From the NCBI GenBank assembly GCA_965140445.1, contig OZ223236.1:1152001-1216000 (forward strand): a stretch of 64,000 nt of DNA, read 5' to 3'. A program made the position numbers and the translations under genes. Position 1 is the stretch's first letter. Each line of letters begins with the position of its first letter. Positions 18,871 to 30,000 of the stretch are shown one piece after another. The notes under the pieces are model-generated. The model was given only the letters and a program-made list of their open reading frames with translations. It was not told where the DNA came from and ran no database searches. Origin of the DNA: Candidatus Ozemobacteraceae bacterium. Lineage in GTDB: Bacteria; Muiribacteriota; Ozemobacteria; Ozemobacterales; Ozemobacteraceae.

Positions 18871-20757
18871 TTAGTGCCCGCCCATTGTTACGCGGACGAC
18901 TTCTTCTAATGTGGTTAGACCAATAAGTGTTTTTCTCAGGGCAGATTCACGAAGGCTTAACATTCCTTCTTCAATCGCCTGACGACGTACGTCATCTGTT
19001 GATCCACCATTTAGAATGATGTCGCGAAGTCTTTCTGACATTGCCATAACTTCGTATACGCCTTGTCTGCCTTTATAACCAGCGTTTCCGCAGGTTTCGC
19101 AGCCTTTGCCTTTGTAGAAAAGCATGTTCTTTTCGTTAATATGCGGCAAATCAAGTCGTCTGAGAAGCTCTGGGGTGATGCCAAATTGAGCAACCTGTTC
19201 AGCTCTTGGTTTTATCTCATATTTACAATCTTTACAGATTTTTCTTACAAGACGCTGTGCCTGAACAATTACAACTGAGGTTGTAACCATGAATGGCTCA
19301 ATACCCATGTTAACAATACGTCCAATGGTTCCTGGAGCATCGTTTGTATGTAGAGTTGAAAGAACAAGATGGCCTGTCATCGAGGCTTTGATCGCAATTT
19401 CGGCAGTTTCAAAGTCACGAATCTCTCCAACCATGATTGTGTCAGGATCTTGTCTCAGGAACGATCTTAGAGCTGCTGCGAAAGTTAATCCAATTTCTGG
19501 TTTACACTGAACCTGGTTGATTCCATGCAACATATACTCGACCGGATCTTCTGCTGTCATAACATTGCTGTCAATTGAGTTCAATGAAGTGAGGGCAGAG
19601 TAAAGTGTTGTTGTTTTACCGGAACCCGTTGGACCAGTAACCAGAATGATCCCGTAGGGCGAGGATATACCTTCTTTGAAACGCTCAAGAGTCTTAGGCT
19701 CGAAACCCAGATCCTCAAGGTTAACCTTTAGTGAGGACTGGTCAAGAATACGCATAACAATCTTTTCGCCCCAGATAACAGGGAGAATTGAAACACGAAG
19801 ATCGATCGATCTATTTGAAACTTTAATCTTGATACGTCCATCCTGAGGTAATCGCTTTTCAGCGATGTTCAGTGACGACATGATTTTGATACGTGAGGTA
19901 ATTGCCGCTGTAGCTTTCTTAGGAGGAGTCATGGCATTCATAAGAACACCGTCCTGCCTGTATCTGATTCTCAATTCTTTTTCAAATGGCTCAATGTGAA
20001 TATCAGATACTCCGTTTTGAACAGCCTGAGCGATAACCAGGTTACAGAGTCGAATAATCGGGGCATCATTCTCCCCAAGTTCTCCAAGTCCGTCAAGATC
20101 ATCGTCAGAATCTGCGCTTCCGATATCTTCAAGGTCATCCATCAGCTTGTCTTGCTGGGCAACTGCTCCGTAGGCATCTTGCAATGCTTTGTTGATGTCT
20201 GTATGGGTTGCAACAACAGGTTTAACCATTAACCCGGTCATCAACTGGATATCATCAATAGCGATGATATTAAGAGGATCTACCATAGCAACGGTAAGCT
20301 TATTACCAACTTTGTTAATCGGAATAAGCATGTGTCGCTTGGCGATATGCTCCGGAACAAGCTTTGCAATTACCGGGTCAATAAGATAGTTCGAAAGGTC
20401 AATAAACGGAATTCGCAGCTGCTTGGAAAGGATTTGAACGATATCTTGTTCTGTGACAAGATGCATTTCAACAAGAACCGCTCCGAGTCGCTTTCCGCTC
20501 TTCTTTTGGAGAGCTAAAGCCTGTTGCAGTTGCTCTTCGTTAATCAGACCTTCATGAATTAACGCATCGCCAAGACGCATCTTTCTAGGAATAGTTCCTG
20601 AAGCTGGCGGTCTAGGCGCTGATTGTTGTGATGCAGGAAGCGGTGGTGCGGCTGCAGGCGCACCTGGTGCTGGTGGCGCTCCCGGTGGCATTGGTGGTCC
20701 AGGTGGCGGTCCTCCTGGAGGTGCCGGAGGAGGTCCGGGCGGTGCATGCTGATTCAT
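18871..20757 (-). CDS. pilB: Type IV pilus assembly ATPase PilB with MshEN domain and Pro-rich N-terminus
   Basis: RLGDALIHEGLI..EQL..AL..Q tandem MshEN motif; SDIHIEP, RLPQDGR, GPTGSGKTTTLY, EDPVEY, LRQDPD, tetracysteine motif. Confidence 0.95.
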   Translation of the reverse strand: MNQHAPPGPPPAPPGGPPPGPPMPPGAPPAPGAPAAAPPLPASQQSAPRPPASGTIPRKMRLGDALIHEGLINEEQLQQALALQKKSGKRLGAVLVEMHLVTEQDIVQILSKQLRIPFIDLSNYLIDPVIAKLVPEHIAKRHMLIPINKVGNKLTVAMVDPLNIIAIDDIQLMTGLMVKPVVATHTDINKALQDAYGAVAQQDKLMDDLEDIGSADSDDDLDGLGELGENDAPIIRLCNLVIAQAVQNGVSDIHIEPFEKELRIRYRQDGVLMNAMTPPKKATAAITSRIKIMSSLNIAEKRLPQDGRIKIKVSNRSIDLRVSILPVIWGEKIVMRILDQSSLKVNLEDLGFEPKTLERFKEGISSPYGIILVTGPTGSGKTTTLYSALTSLNSIDSNVMTAEDPVEYMLHGINQVQCKPEIGLTFAAALRSFLRQDPDTIMVGEIRDFETAEIAIKASMTGHLVLSTLHTNDAPGTIGRIVNMGIEPFMVTTSVVIVQAQRLVRKICKDCKYEIKPRAEQVAQFGITPELLRRLDLPHINEKNMLFYKGKGCETCGNAGYKGRQGVYEVMAMSERLRDIILNGGSTDDVRRQAIEEGMLSLRESALRKTLIGLTTLEEVVRVTMGGH

Positions 20758-20836
20758 TACTGCAATTCCTTCCTTATTTCTTTACAGAAATAATGCAACA
20801 AACTGTAATTATAAATCAAGTGATGAATGATTTATT

Positions 20837-21685
20837 TCAATTATTATAAATACAATTTCTTACAACTTTTTCCGGGGCGTCGTAACCAGTTAAAAGCTTA
20901 AATGAAGCCAGGCCTTGATTAAGCAGAAGTTCCCTGCCATCAATTGTTCTGGCTCCACTGTTTTTTGCGGCTTCTATTAGCTTTGATTCCCGGGAATAAT
21001 TCAAATCAATATAGGTCTTTTTACTATCTAAATATTCCAGTTCTTCAATTTCATCAAAATTTTCCCAGCCGAGTGGGGTGGTATTTATTACCAGAGACGA
21101 TTCTTCTATCGACTCTTTGATGCAATTTCTTGACCAATCGTAAACAACAAATACCTGTGCTTCTTTTTCGGAAGCCCAGGTAGGGATTGAATTCGTTTTA
21201 TTTCGTGCAATTACAAAAATTTTATCGAACCCTTTTTCTAATAATGCCCAGAAAATAGCTTGAGCCGAAGCGCCATTCCCAAATACAGTTGCTGTTTTGG
21301 TTAAATTAAGGTCTGACAATATTTTAAGGAATCCTGTAGCATCAGTATTCCAACCCTGAACTTTTCCTGTGGAAAAATCAACAGAGTTTACGGCCTGTAA
21401 CTTTTCAGCAGGCGCATATAATTTTTCACAAAAAGCAGCAACTTCTTTTTTATGCGGCCTGGTTACATTTATTCCTGAGACATTTAAGGATTTTAATCCC
21501 GAAATGGCATTTTCAAGGTTTTTTGTGCAAACTTTGAACGGTATGTATACCGCATCTAAATCTAATTCTTCGAAAGCTTTATTCCAGAAGTGCGGACTAA
21601 AAGAATGAGCAACAGGGTCTCCAACTATGCCAAAGACTTTCGTTGAGCCTGTAATTCTTGAGTTATCTGTTAGTTTTTTCAGCAC
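20837..21685 (-). CDS. aroE: Shikimate dehydrogenase
   Basis: GDPVAHSFSP, GINVT.PHK, AVNS, GWNTD, INTTPLG, DLNY, DGRELLLNQG. Confidence 0.92.
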   Translation of the reverse strand: MLKKLTDNSRITGSTKVFGIVGDPVAHSFSPHFWNKAFEELDLDAVYIPFKVCTKNLENAISGLKSLNVSGINVTRPHKKEVAAFCEKLYAPAEKLQAVNSVDFSTGKVQGWNTDATGFLKILSDLNLTKTATVFGNGASAQAIFWALLEKGFDKIFVIARNKTNSIPTWASEKEAQVFVVYDWSRNCIKESIEESSLVINTTPLGWENFDEIEELEYLDSKKTYIDLNYSRESKLIEAAKNSGARTIDGRELLLNQGLASFKLLTGYDAPEKVVRNCIYNN

Positions 21686-21724
21686 TTTTTGAATAATTTC
21701 TGGACGGAATGTAAAGGACTAAAG

Positions 21725-22066
21725 TTAGAAGCTTTTTACTGCTTCTTCTTCTGAATCAAATATTTCAAAGACTTTTGTAAGCCTTGTAAGCTCAAAAAGT
21801 TCCTGCACGGCAGGTGATAAATTAACAAGTTTCAAATCGCCTTTAGATTTTTTTACCTTTTTCAAGGTGGCAGCAACTACTCCCAGTCCCATACTGTTAA
21901 GGTAGTTTACTTCCTGAAAATCCATTACCAATTTGGTTTTTCCATCTGCAACAATCTGGTCAATTTTATCTTTAAACTGATTAACTGTTTCAGTTCCAAT
22001 TTCTCCTCTGAGGACTATCAGAGTTACATCATTTCCCTTGGTTCTTACATCAATTTTTATTTCCAT
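21725..22066 (-). CDS. STAS-domain anti-sigma factor antagonist
   Basis: LRGEI, V.YLNSMGLG (phosphoacceptor Ser), LFELTRL..VFEIFDSEEEA; RBS GGAGG. Confidence 0.9.
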   Translation of the reverse strand: MEIKIDVRTKGNDVTLIVLRGEIGTETVNQFKDKIDQIVADGKTKLVMDFQEVNYLNSMGLGVVAATLKKVKKSKGDLKLVNLSPAVQELFELTRLTKVFEIFDSEEEAVKSF

Positions 22067-22115
22067 ATTTTCCTCCCATTACATTCCTAACCACATGCTC
22101 CCTAAAATTACCTCA

Positions 22116-22141
22116 TCTTTCTCTTATATGCAAGAGAAAGA
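22116..22141. repeat. 10-bp inverted repeat overlapping a possible sigma70 promoter of the STAS gene
   Basis: TCTTTCTCTT-ATATGC-AAGAGAAAGA; minus strand reads TTGCAT-N17-TAATTT. Confidence 0.45.
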
Positions 22142-22180
22142 GAGGAGAATCCGAAAGGGGATTTCTAAGAAATTAATAGA

Positions 22181-23161
22181 TTAAAACTGTTTTGAAGCAG
22201 AGACTCTGTGAGCTTCTCCAAGAGTTTCATCTACATATGAATAATCAAATCTCCATGTATCAAGTTTGAAACTTGCACCAAGGGTAAAATCCCCATCGTG
22301 AGCTCCAAGTCTTAGAGCTGCATATTCTTGCATCCACCATTCAGCACCGGCGAAAAGTTTTGCATCCATATCTTCAACCTTATTGATGTCAGCTGCAAGC
22401 TTGAGATTTTCTTTTGCTTGATAAGCAACACCAAAAGTTGTTGTTACTGGAACACTGTCAGAATTTCCAGAAGGAGTATTCCATTTAAGTGATTCGCCAA
22501 TATCTCTAATTGAGAGACCGAGGGTTGTTTTTGCGTTGGCTTCATAAAGGAAACCAAGGTCAAGTCCCCAGGTATCTGCTGAATTTGTGAAAAGATCTTG
22601 TTTTAGATACTTAACGTTGATACCACCATAAAGTTTGTCTGAAAGTTTTTTAGCATAAGAACCAAAAGTATTCTTTTCGGTATCATCGAAGTAACCAAAA
22701 ATGTAAACGTTTCTTCCAGGAGTGTAACTCCCGTTTGGGTTTGTTGCTGGTTCGTCACCTGTTAAGGCCAAACCATCAGTTCTTGCATTTGCAAGACGAG
22801 TTTCTGGGATTCCATCAACTCCAAATCTCATGTGTGAAAGAGCAACAACGCCATTATCTTTGCCATCTTTCCCAACGAGAGGATGGACGTAGTTGAAGAA
22901 ATTGTATTCTCTGTCCATAGTCAGGTTAGCATGCATAAATGAAGCTTCAGGTTTCTTCATTTTTGCCAGACCTGCTGGATTCCAGAATGCCGCAGTAGAA
23001 TCATCTGCTACAGCTGTGAAAGCACTACCCATACCTAGTGCTCTTGCACCAACCCCCATTTTAAGGTAAGCACCAGCTTGGCCTGCAGATTCTGCAAAGG
23101 CTGCGCTCATTGTGCTAACACTTAGTGCTATGAGGAAGAGTGTTTTGAAAACCTTTTTCAT
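22181..23161 (-). CDS. PorV/PorQ family (UPF0164-like, FadL clan) outer-membrane beta-barrel, 326 aa
   Basis: Signal peptide MKKVFKTLFLIALS (start moved to 23161); GVGARALGMGSAFTAVADDSTAAFWNPAGLA signature; DLGFLY, G.EWW, C-terminal HRVSASKQF. Confidence 0.85.
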   Translation of the reverse strand: MKKVFKTLFLIALSVSTMSAAFAESAGQAGAYLKMGVGARALGMGSAFTAVADDSTAAFWNPAGLAKMKKPEASFMHANLTMDREYNFFNYVHPLVGKDGKDNGVVALSHMRFGVDGIPETRLANARTDGLALTGDEPATNPNGSYTPGRNVYIFGYFDDTEKNTFGSYAKKLSDKLYGGINVKYLKQDLFTNSADTWGLDLGFLYEANAKTTLGLSIRDIGESLKWNTPSGNSDSVPVTTTFGVAYQAKENLKLAADINKVEDMDAKLFAGAEWWMQEYAALRLGAHDGDFTLGASFKLDTWRFDYSYVDETLGEAHRVSASKQF

Positions 23162-23258
23162 ATTGTTTCCCCTTACGATTCGATAGAACTGGTTATCTTG
23201 TTTTTCGGCAACATGACTGATTTTGTGAATAGTTTTTTTTAAGATAACCAAATTATTT

Positions 23259-23951
23259 TTAAATTCCTGAGAGTCCCAGGTCCTTAAGCGTCTTGTAAAT
23301 CTGTGAAACAGAGCTGTCGTTAGAGCTGTCTTCGGCTCTTGCAACATTGATCTGGGCTCTGGCTTTGTCAGCGTCGCCCAATTCTCCACGCCAGAAATAA
23401 GCCAAAGCTAACATTGCATGCGCTTCTGCGTTACTTAATCCAATAGGGTGGGTAGATTGGAATACAAAGGCAGTGTTACCAAGTCCGACTTGTTCAAGGA
23501 CTTGAATTGCCTGTTTAAAGCCTGCTGCCTGACCTCTTTGAATTAAAGCCGCCGCAAGACCAACTCGGGATTCATTGTTTGAAGAAGCTGCTTGGGTAAA
23601 GGCCGAATACCCGGACTCAACGCCTGATGATTTAGTTAAAGCCCAACCAAGACCATTATAGGCAGCAATTCTTTGTTCTTCAGTCAGATTTTCAAGAAGA
23701 AGAATCTGATTATATTTGTTTATCGCACTACTATAGGCACCGTAACGGAAATCTTCCCAACCAGATGCGTTTAAGGAATCTGGATCCGTTTCTCCGGTTG
23801 TTCCACCAGTTGTTCCTCCGGTACTACCTGTTCCTGTGGTTGGCACTTCAGGTGGTATTGTATAGCGTCCACTTCCGCCTCCGCTTCCACAGCCGCTGGC
23901 AATCAGGATTACTATGGCAATGGTAAACAGCACCAGGAATTTCTTGTTCAT
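23259..23951 (-). CDS. TPR-like lipoprotein, paralog 2 (230 aa)
   Basis: Lipobox IASG/C then GSGGGSG; Thr/Gly linker; AYNGLGWA and EAHAMLA.AYFWR shared with 34061..34837; start moved to MNKKF. Confidence 0.8.
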   Translation of the reverse strand: MNKKFLVLFTIAIVILIASGCGSGGGSGRYTIPPEVPTTGTGSTGGTTGGTTGETDPDSLNASGWEDFRYGAYSSAINKYNQILLLENLTEEQRIAAYNGLGWALTKSSGVESGYSAFTQAASSNNESRVGLAAALIQRGQAAGFKQAIQVLEQVGLGNTAFVFQSTHPIGLSNAEAHAMLALAYFWRGELGDADKARAQINVARAEDSSNDSSVSQIYKTLKDLGLSGI

Positions 23952-23996
23952 ATTGCTATCTCCAATCAAATTTCTTTTGCAATTTTGGGTATTTGT

Positions 23997-24025
23997 GTGA
24001 CTGCTGACATTTAGTCAGCAGTCAC
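23997..24025. repeat. Perfect 12-bp hairpin without U-tract
   Basis: GTGACTGCTGAC-ATTTA-GTCAGCAGTCAC just downstream of the giant gene stop. Confidence 0.7.
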
Positions 24026-24037
24026 GAGTAGACTTTG

Positions 24038-27000
24038 TTAGCGAAGAACCGCGATCTTATGGATGTATTTAGATTTCTGGTTCCAGTTGTCTGGATCTCT
24101 AAGGGTTATCTTGGCTATATAGACACCGTTGGCGACATATTTGCCAGACTGGTTTCTCAGGTTCCAGACAATGTCCTGAGTTCTTCTTACTCCATCAAAT
24201 CCAGCTCTAAGAGATAGATTGGAGGAATCCGCAACTTTGTGACCAGATACGTCGTAGATTTTTACTTCCAGTTCACCCCAGTCAACATCTGGTCGGTTTG
24301 TGCTTACTCTCAACGCAACCTTCGATCTGGCTGGGTTTGGATATTGCACTACTTCGTAGATTGCAACCGGAGGAAGAACTGCAAATCTGATTTCTGGGCT
24401 GATTGTTTTATTGCCAGCCTTATCAGCTACCTTCAGGCTCATGGTGTAATCACCGCCTACTAGTGCCGAAGCCGGAGTAAATCTTACCTGTCCGGCTTCT
24501 TCGTTTATCATGGCCGGAAATTCTTTGCCATTTAAAACTACAACCAGACTGTTAACATCTACACCAGAACCAAGTTCTTCAAGATTCCAATCAAATACAG
24601 GTTTTGCTTCTCTGATAGGCTCACTTGTGATTTGAGTTCTTATTGAAACTCTTGGCGCAAGTGTGTCTTTCATCAGAGCGAATGTTCCGCCAGATGAAGC
24701 TGCAAACCTGAGTTGTCCATTTTCAATAGTTGCATCTACGGCTTTCCAGCCAAGATTCATATCGCTTACATAAAGACCTACTTGAGGATTGAGGTCTTCT
24801 GCATCAACACTCATCTGCATTAAAGCCTGACCAGCCATGCGTCCAGATGGGAGATTCATTGTGTAAGCTTTACCGGTTGGGATAAGCTCTGTAGCTCCAT
24901 ATCCTTCTATGGTGCTGGCCCTAATTGATTCAAGTTGAGTGCTTGTAAGATTAGCAAATACTGTTGGAACTATTCTGGCTGCTCTGGAAGTGCTTTCTCC
25001 AACTTTGGTCAGCCCTTCTGGAACGATAGTTACAACTGAATTTTCTTTGAGAGTTCCTGGCTCAAAGACTGCAGTTAACAGGTTGTCAGGAGATTTTACT
25101 TCCGCTCTTACTGAAGCATTTACGTATGCGGTTGAGAAGCTTAGATTTGCTGTTCCAACGTTAGTGGAAACATCTTTTCCAGTTACCTGGATCGTAGCTA
25201 CTCCGGGGTAATTCATATCCAGATGAGCGCCACCAATAAACAGTCTATTGTTTGGTCCTGCATTGAGAACCAGAGAAACTGCTGTTCCGCCACTTTGTGT
25301 TATGACGGCAGTTGGAGCGCCAGACAGGTCTTCGTTTGAGCTCACAGCAACACTGATATCATATTCGTTTGCAGGGTTACTGAATGCTGTTATGGTAAGA
25401 ACTGGTGGAGTAATATCCTGACCCTGGAAGGTTACGCGGGCGGTGTCGCCGTTACTATAGTTTCCATAAAGATCTTTTACTCCGGAAGCAACAATCGTGT
25501 AGTTTTTAGTTTCAACGATATCGTCAAATGCTGTGATAGTTACTGATTTAAGGTCGGCTCTCAATGAAACTGATTCAATGGCTACAGTGTCTGTTCCACT
25601 CGTTAGGCTGTAGTTTCCAGCTTGTTGAGAGGTGACTGCATCAATTGTTTCATCAAATACTATATTGAATTTCTTTTGTGAGCTGAGACCATCATAAGTA
25701 ATATTGGCAATTAACGGTCCCTGACCATCGGCGGTAAATTGTGCAGAATTGTTTCCAGCTGCTATTGGATCGTCATCAATGCTTCTGAAGCCAGGAGTTA
25801 TAGTAACTGTATAGAGTAGGGCATGAGTTACTGGCTGGTTAAGAGGTATTGTTACTGTTTTTCCGCTAACAACTATTGGAGAAGCTGCACCAATTCCAAC
25901 CGGGTTGGAAGGAGTTATAGTGTAAAGATTTGGATTCTGCGCATCAGTAGCATTTACATCATGGCTGAATGTTAATCTGATATTGTTTCTATCTACCTGA
26001 GTTACATCTGTAATTTTGAAAACAGAGTTTACAACCGCAACGTCCAGGGTTGCCTGTGTGGAAACGTTTTCAGCAAGGTCGATAACTGAAACTTTGTAAG
26101 TTCCGTCGACAACTGGTTGCAGATTGGTGTCTGTTCCATCCCAAACAGCTATCAGTGGAGGACCTTCAAGAGGAATTTCCTTGATTAGGGATGATCCTGC
26201 AGTAATCCTTACCATTGCCGTTCCAGATGCAACAGTTGGGTCTGTAGTGTTTACAGCGATCTTTAATTGTGTAACTCTTGGATTGAATCTGGTTACTGCA
26301 GCGCCGTTATCAACTCTGAATGCCTGGATGGAGCTGATTGTAGGTGCAGTGCGGTCAACCGTAAGTGTGCTTGTCGCATTACCAGAACCGCCAAGAGGTT
26401 CTGCAAGGTTTCCTGCTTTATCAACAAGACTGACCAGATAGTCTCCATCGGTGAGCGTTCCAGCTGGAACACTTGTGTTTTGTCCATCATAGCTGATGGT
26501 GTAACCGCCACCAGAGAGAGCTGTCATTGGGAATGAGTCTGTCGCTGTTCCTGGACTTGATGGAGTTACAGGACCAGTTAATCTCATGAATAATTCTTGT
26601 CCGCTGCTTGGACCAAATACATCTACCTTAACAAACGAGTTTACCGCTGGGCTGAAGTAGGCTTTGCCCAAATAGGTTTTTACATTTGTATAATTCCATG
26701 ATGATACTTTTGGTTTTTGTCCATCATAGGTAATAGACCCACGCTTACTGCCTTCATTTCCTGCATCATCGTAGATTCTAAGGTCATATTTGGTTGGGCC
26801 GGTCATTCCGATAAGTGTTCCACCTATTGTTCCGTCCCATTTTGCTGTTCCTGTCAAACCGCTAACCGTCATTGGGAAGCTTGCCAGCGATGATTCGCCC
26901 TGATACAAGTGCGCCCAAAGAGTGGAATTTGTAGGAGCAGTCAGGAAAGTGGCTGTAATCGTAGCAATTCCAGGGGCAACATACGGGCTGAAAGGATAGT

Positions 27001-30000
27001 TTGTCATATTTCCCGTTGGGGATGAATACTTAGCAGTAGTTGACTGATAGGTCGTTACATTAATGGAATCAATGTTTGGACCTCTGGATCTAATGTAAAG
27101 CTGACCTGCAAGCGCCACATCACTTTTGCCCTGGTTCCCTGCTTCGTCGTATCCGCCGGAAACATAGTAAGTGAAGGTTCCCTGGGAAGTATTGCTGGAA
27201 AACGGAGCGCTATTTACAAAACGTGCTGTTGTTGAGCTTACCCAGTTCTGGAAAGTGAATGACATAACTGTATTAGATGTGTCTCCAAGTCTTAAAACTG
27301 GTTGCCAGGCTGTTCCAACAGTTTGAGTCATGGGCTCATCAAATGTTACGTCAAACACCTGACTATTGGCAGGAGTGATGCCTATGGTTCCTGTAGGAAT
27401 TGCTGTAATAGCTGTTGGTGGCTGGTTATCCAACATAATCGGATAACTGGCATTCTGGAAGCCATTTATCGAAGTATCTTTGTCTGTTAGATTGTAGGAA
27501 AGTGAAGCCGTTTGTGAGAACGAAGTGGAGTTGCTAAATACATCAGTAAAGTTGCTGACTTTTACCATTGAATATTTTCGCTGGATGTTTCCAGATGCAG
27601 CTAAATCACTGTTATTTGCAAATCTGGCGACCGTTCTTACTATTCCGCCCTGATTGTGATCACTCCAGTTGATAAAGGTTGCTGTATCTTTTGCATTAAC
27701 CTGATCATTTTGAGTATAGAACTCCAGAACAGGAACTCTGGTTCTATCAATTGGAATGTATACATCAGCAGAAAGCGTTGCTGTATCAAAAGCTACTTCG
27801 TAGAAGAAGTTGCCTACCGGTTGGCCCTTTGCAAGCTGAATTCCTTGAGCACTGCTTGTAACTGCAGGTGAAACAGCAAGGGTTCTAATTGAAGGCGCGG
27901 CAATAGCCAAAGGATAAATGATTGGAGCAATTGGCGAAGCCTGGTCACCCTGAACTGGGTATCTGATATTTGAGTTGCCCCAAAGATCTTTAAATGCCCC
28001 ATTGTTACAAGCTATGTAGAATTTGCTGGTTCCCCAGTTAAGCATTGTTTTGAGAGCATCGGCTGTCAGTGGGATATGAACCGTTGTAGAAGCATAATCT
28101 GTATTTAAAGTTTTAAATGCAGCATAATCTACATTGGTTGTATTAAGCGGGAAGTATCCATTTGTCAGATCGGCCTGAGCATAGAGGTATACTCCTGAAA
28201 GATCTATAGGTAGATCTTTGCTTCTTTCAATGGTTTCAGCAAGGTTTTTGTATGGATCGCTATACAATCTTACTTTTCTTGCAGGAGAATTCTGGAACTC
28301 AATTGTAAGTATTGGTTGAGGTCCTGAAAGATTCAGTGATGAGCTGGCAACTGCAAATGATGTGTTGAGAGGGATCAACGTTCCTGCAGAAGCATTGTAA
28401 TAAGGAATCGGCGTGATTCTATTGCCGTCAAAATCTCTGATCAATGGTGCTGGATCAGTTGGTTTAGGCGGTTCATATTCGCTACCATTGATTTGGAAGG
28501 CGATCTGACTACCAGTTCTGGTGTAATTCATTGCGATCCAGTCCTGAGCCTGTTCAGAAAGTCTAATTTTAAGTCTTCTGGTTGTATCAAGACCGACAAT
28601 TGTGTCTGAAGCTGCAGAGCTGATAAATCTATATCTGTTGAGGTATGTGTCTGCAGGGTCACCTCTGTTAACCCAGATTGAAAGATTTCTCAATGTGTCA
28701 GTGCTGATAGTAGTAACGTCCATATCTTTATCGAAGTCTAGATATAAGAAATCTTTTTCAGCTGGTGAATTTGCATTATATGAACCACCCAACAGTTTTG
28801 GTCTGGTTGTATATGTGTTAGTTATAGTAACCGGGGTTGTGGCTACAGTTCTTGGCAAAGGAATAAGCCAGTTTCCAGCCATATCAAGAGCCAGTGGGTC
28901 TGAAGCTGTTGGAGCCATTCCTGCATATTGGGCTTCACCGGTTGAAGTATTATGGCTCACAGAAATATAAAGGTTCTTTTCTCCCCAGTCTGCGATAATT
29001 GCTTTGGTGTAAGAAGAAAGCATTACGTTTACACTGTTAGTATAGTAAGCTTCCATTACATAATCGTATTTTGGATTGAGTTTGGTGGCTGCACCAGGAA
29101 TTTGAACGTCCGCATGGTCTGATTTATAGCCAAGGCGATAGAATTCCAATTGCCCCTGAACAGATACTGGATCAACCAGTTCGCTAAAGTTCATGGTAAG
29201 TAAAGTTCCATTGTAAAAGGCACCTGTGAGTTGAGGTCTTTTTGTATCAACTGCAAGCTGGTGTTCTGCTACAGCCCTGTTTCCTGAACCATCTCTAACA
29301 TATAGATAGAAGGTTCTAGTGGCAAGATCAAAGGTGTTTGTAGCCAATTCCAATGGATTTGAATAAACGGTAAGAGCATTCTGGACATTTCCCAATCTGT
29401 GAGTTGAAGTTCCATCGATCGGTGAAAGGTCAACATAAGCCATTCCGTTTCCAGTAAGGTCTGCAGCATTTAAAACTGTTACTGAGGCAACAAGTCCGTC
29501 TGGAGCAACTCTGTCTCCGTAAGCTGCAGTATAACCGTCTCCTACGTTTCCAACCCAGTTTGGTGCGTATCTGTTTTCAACTCTTAACTGAGATGAAGTT
29601 ATCTGTGGAGGATTGTTATCAATTGTAAATGTTGCTGGTTTTACTGAGCTATTCACAAAGTTCTCTGCATCATCGGAAACCAGAATTCTATAGTTGGCAG
29701 TAACGCCATCCATGCTTGGCCAACCAGTCAGCGTGGTAGTTGCAACACGGAATTGCGCTTCCCAATAATTGGTTGCTGGCATTTGATACAAAGGAGTCTG
29801 GAAGATTTCTGTAACATTGTCTGGCATTAGTAGAACAGCAGTTACAGATCCTGGATCGCTGAATTTATCTATTGTGGCGCCAATCTGAAGAAGGTCATCA
29901 ATGTTGATGACATTTGAAGCAATGTTGTCGCCGTTTTCATTTAGAACATCCAGATGGGCGTTAGTAACACTTGGAATGAGTGTGTCGATTCCAAATGGAT

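Noticed and set aside
23162..23389. 76-aa N-terminal extension of the PorV-like ORF in the ORF track
   Set aside because: Overlaps the lipoprotein gene; the signal peptide and SD (AAGGGG) point to ATG 23161
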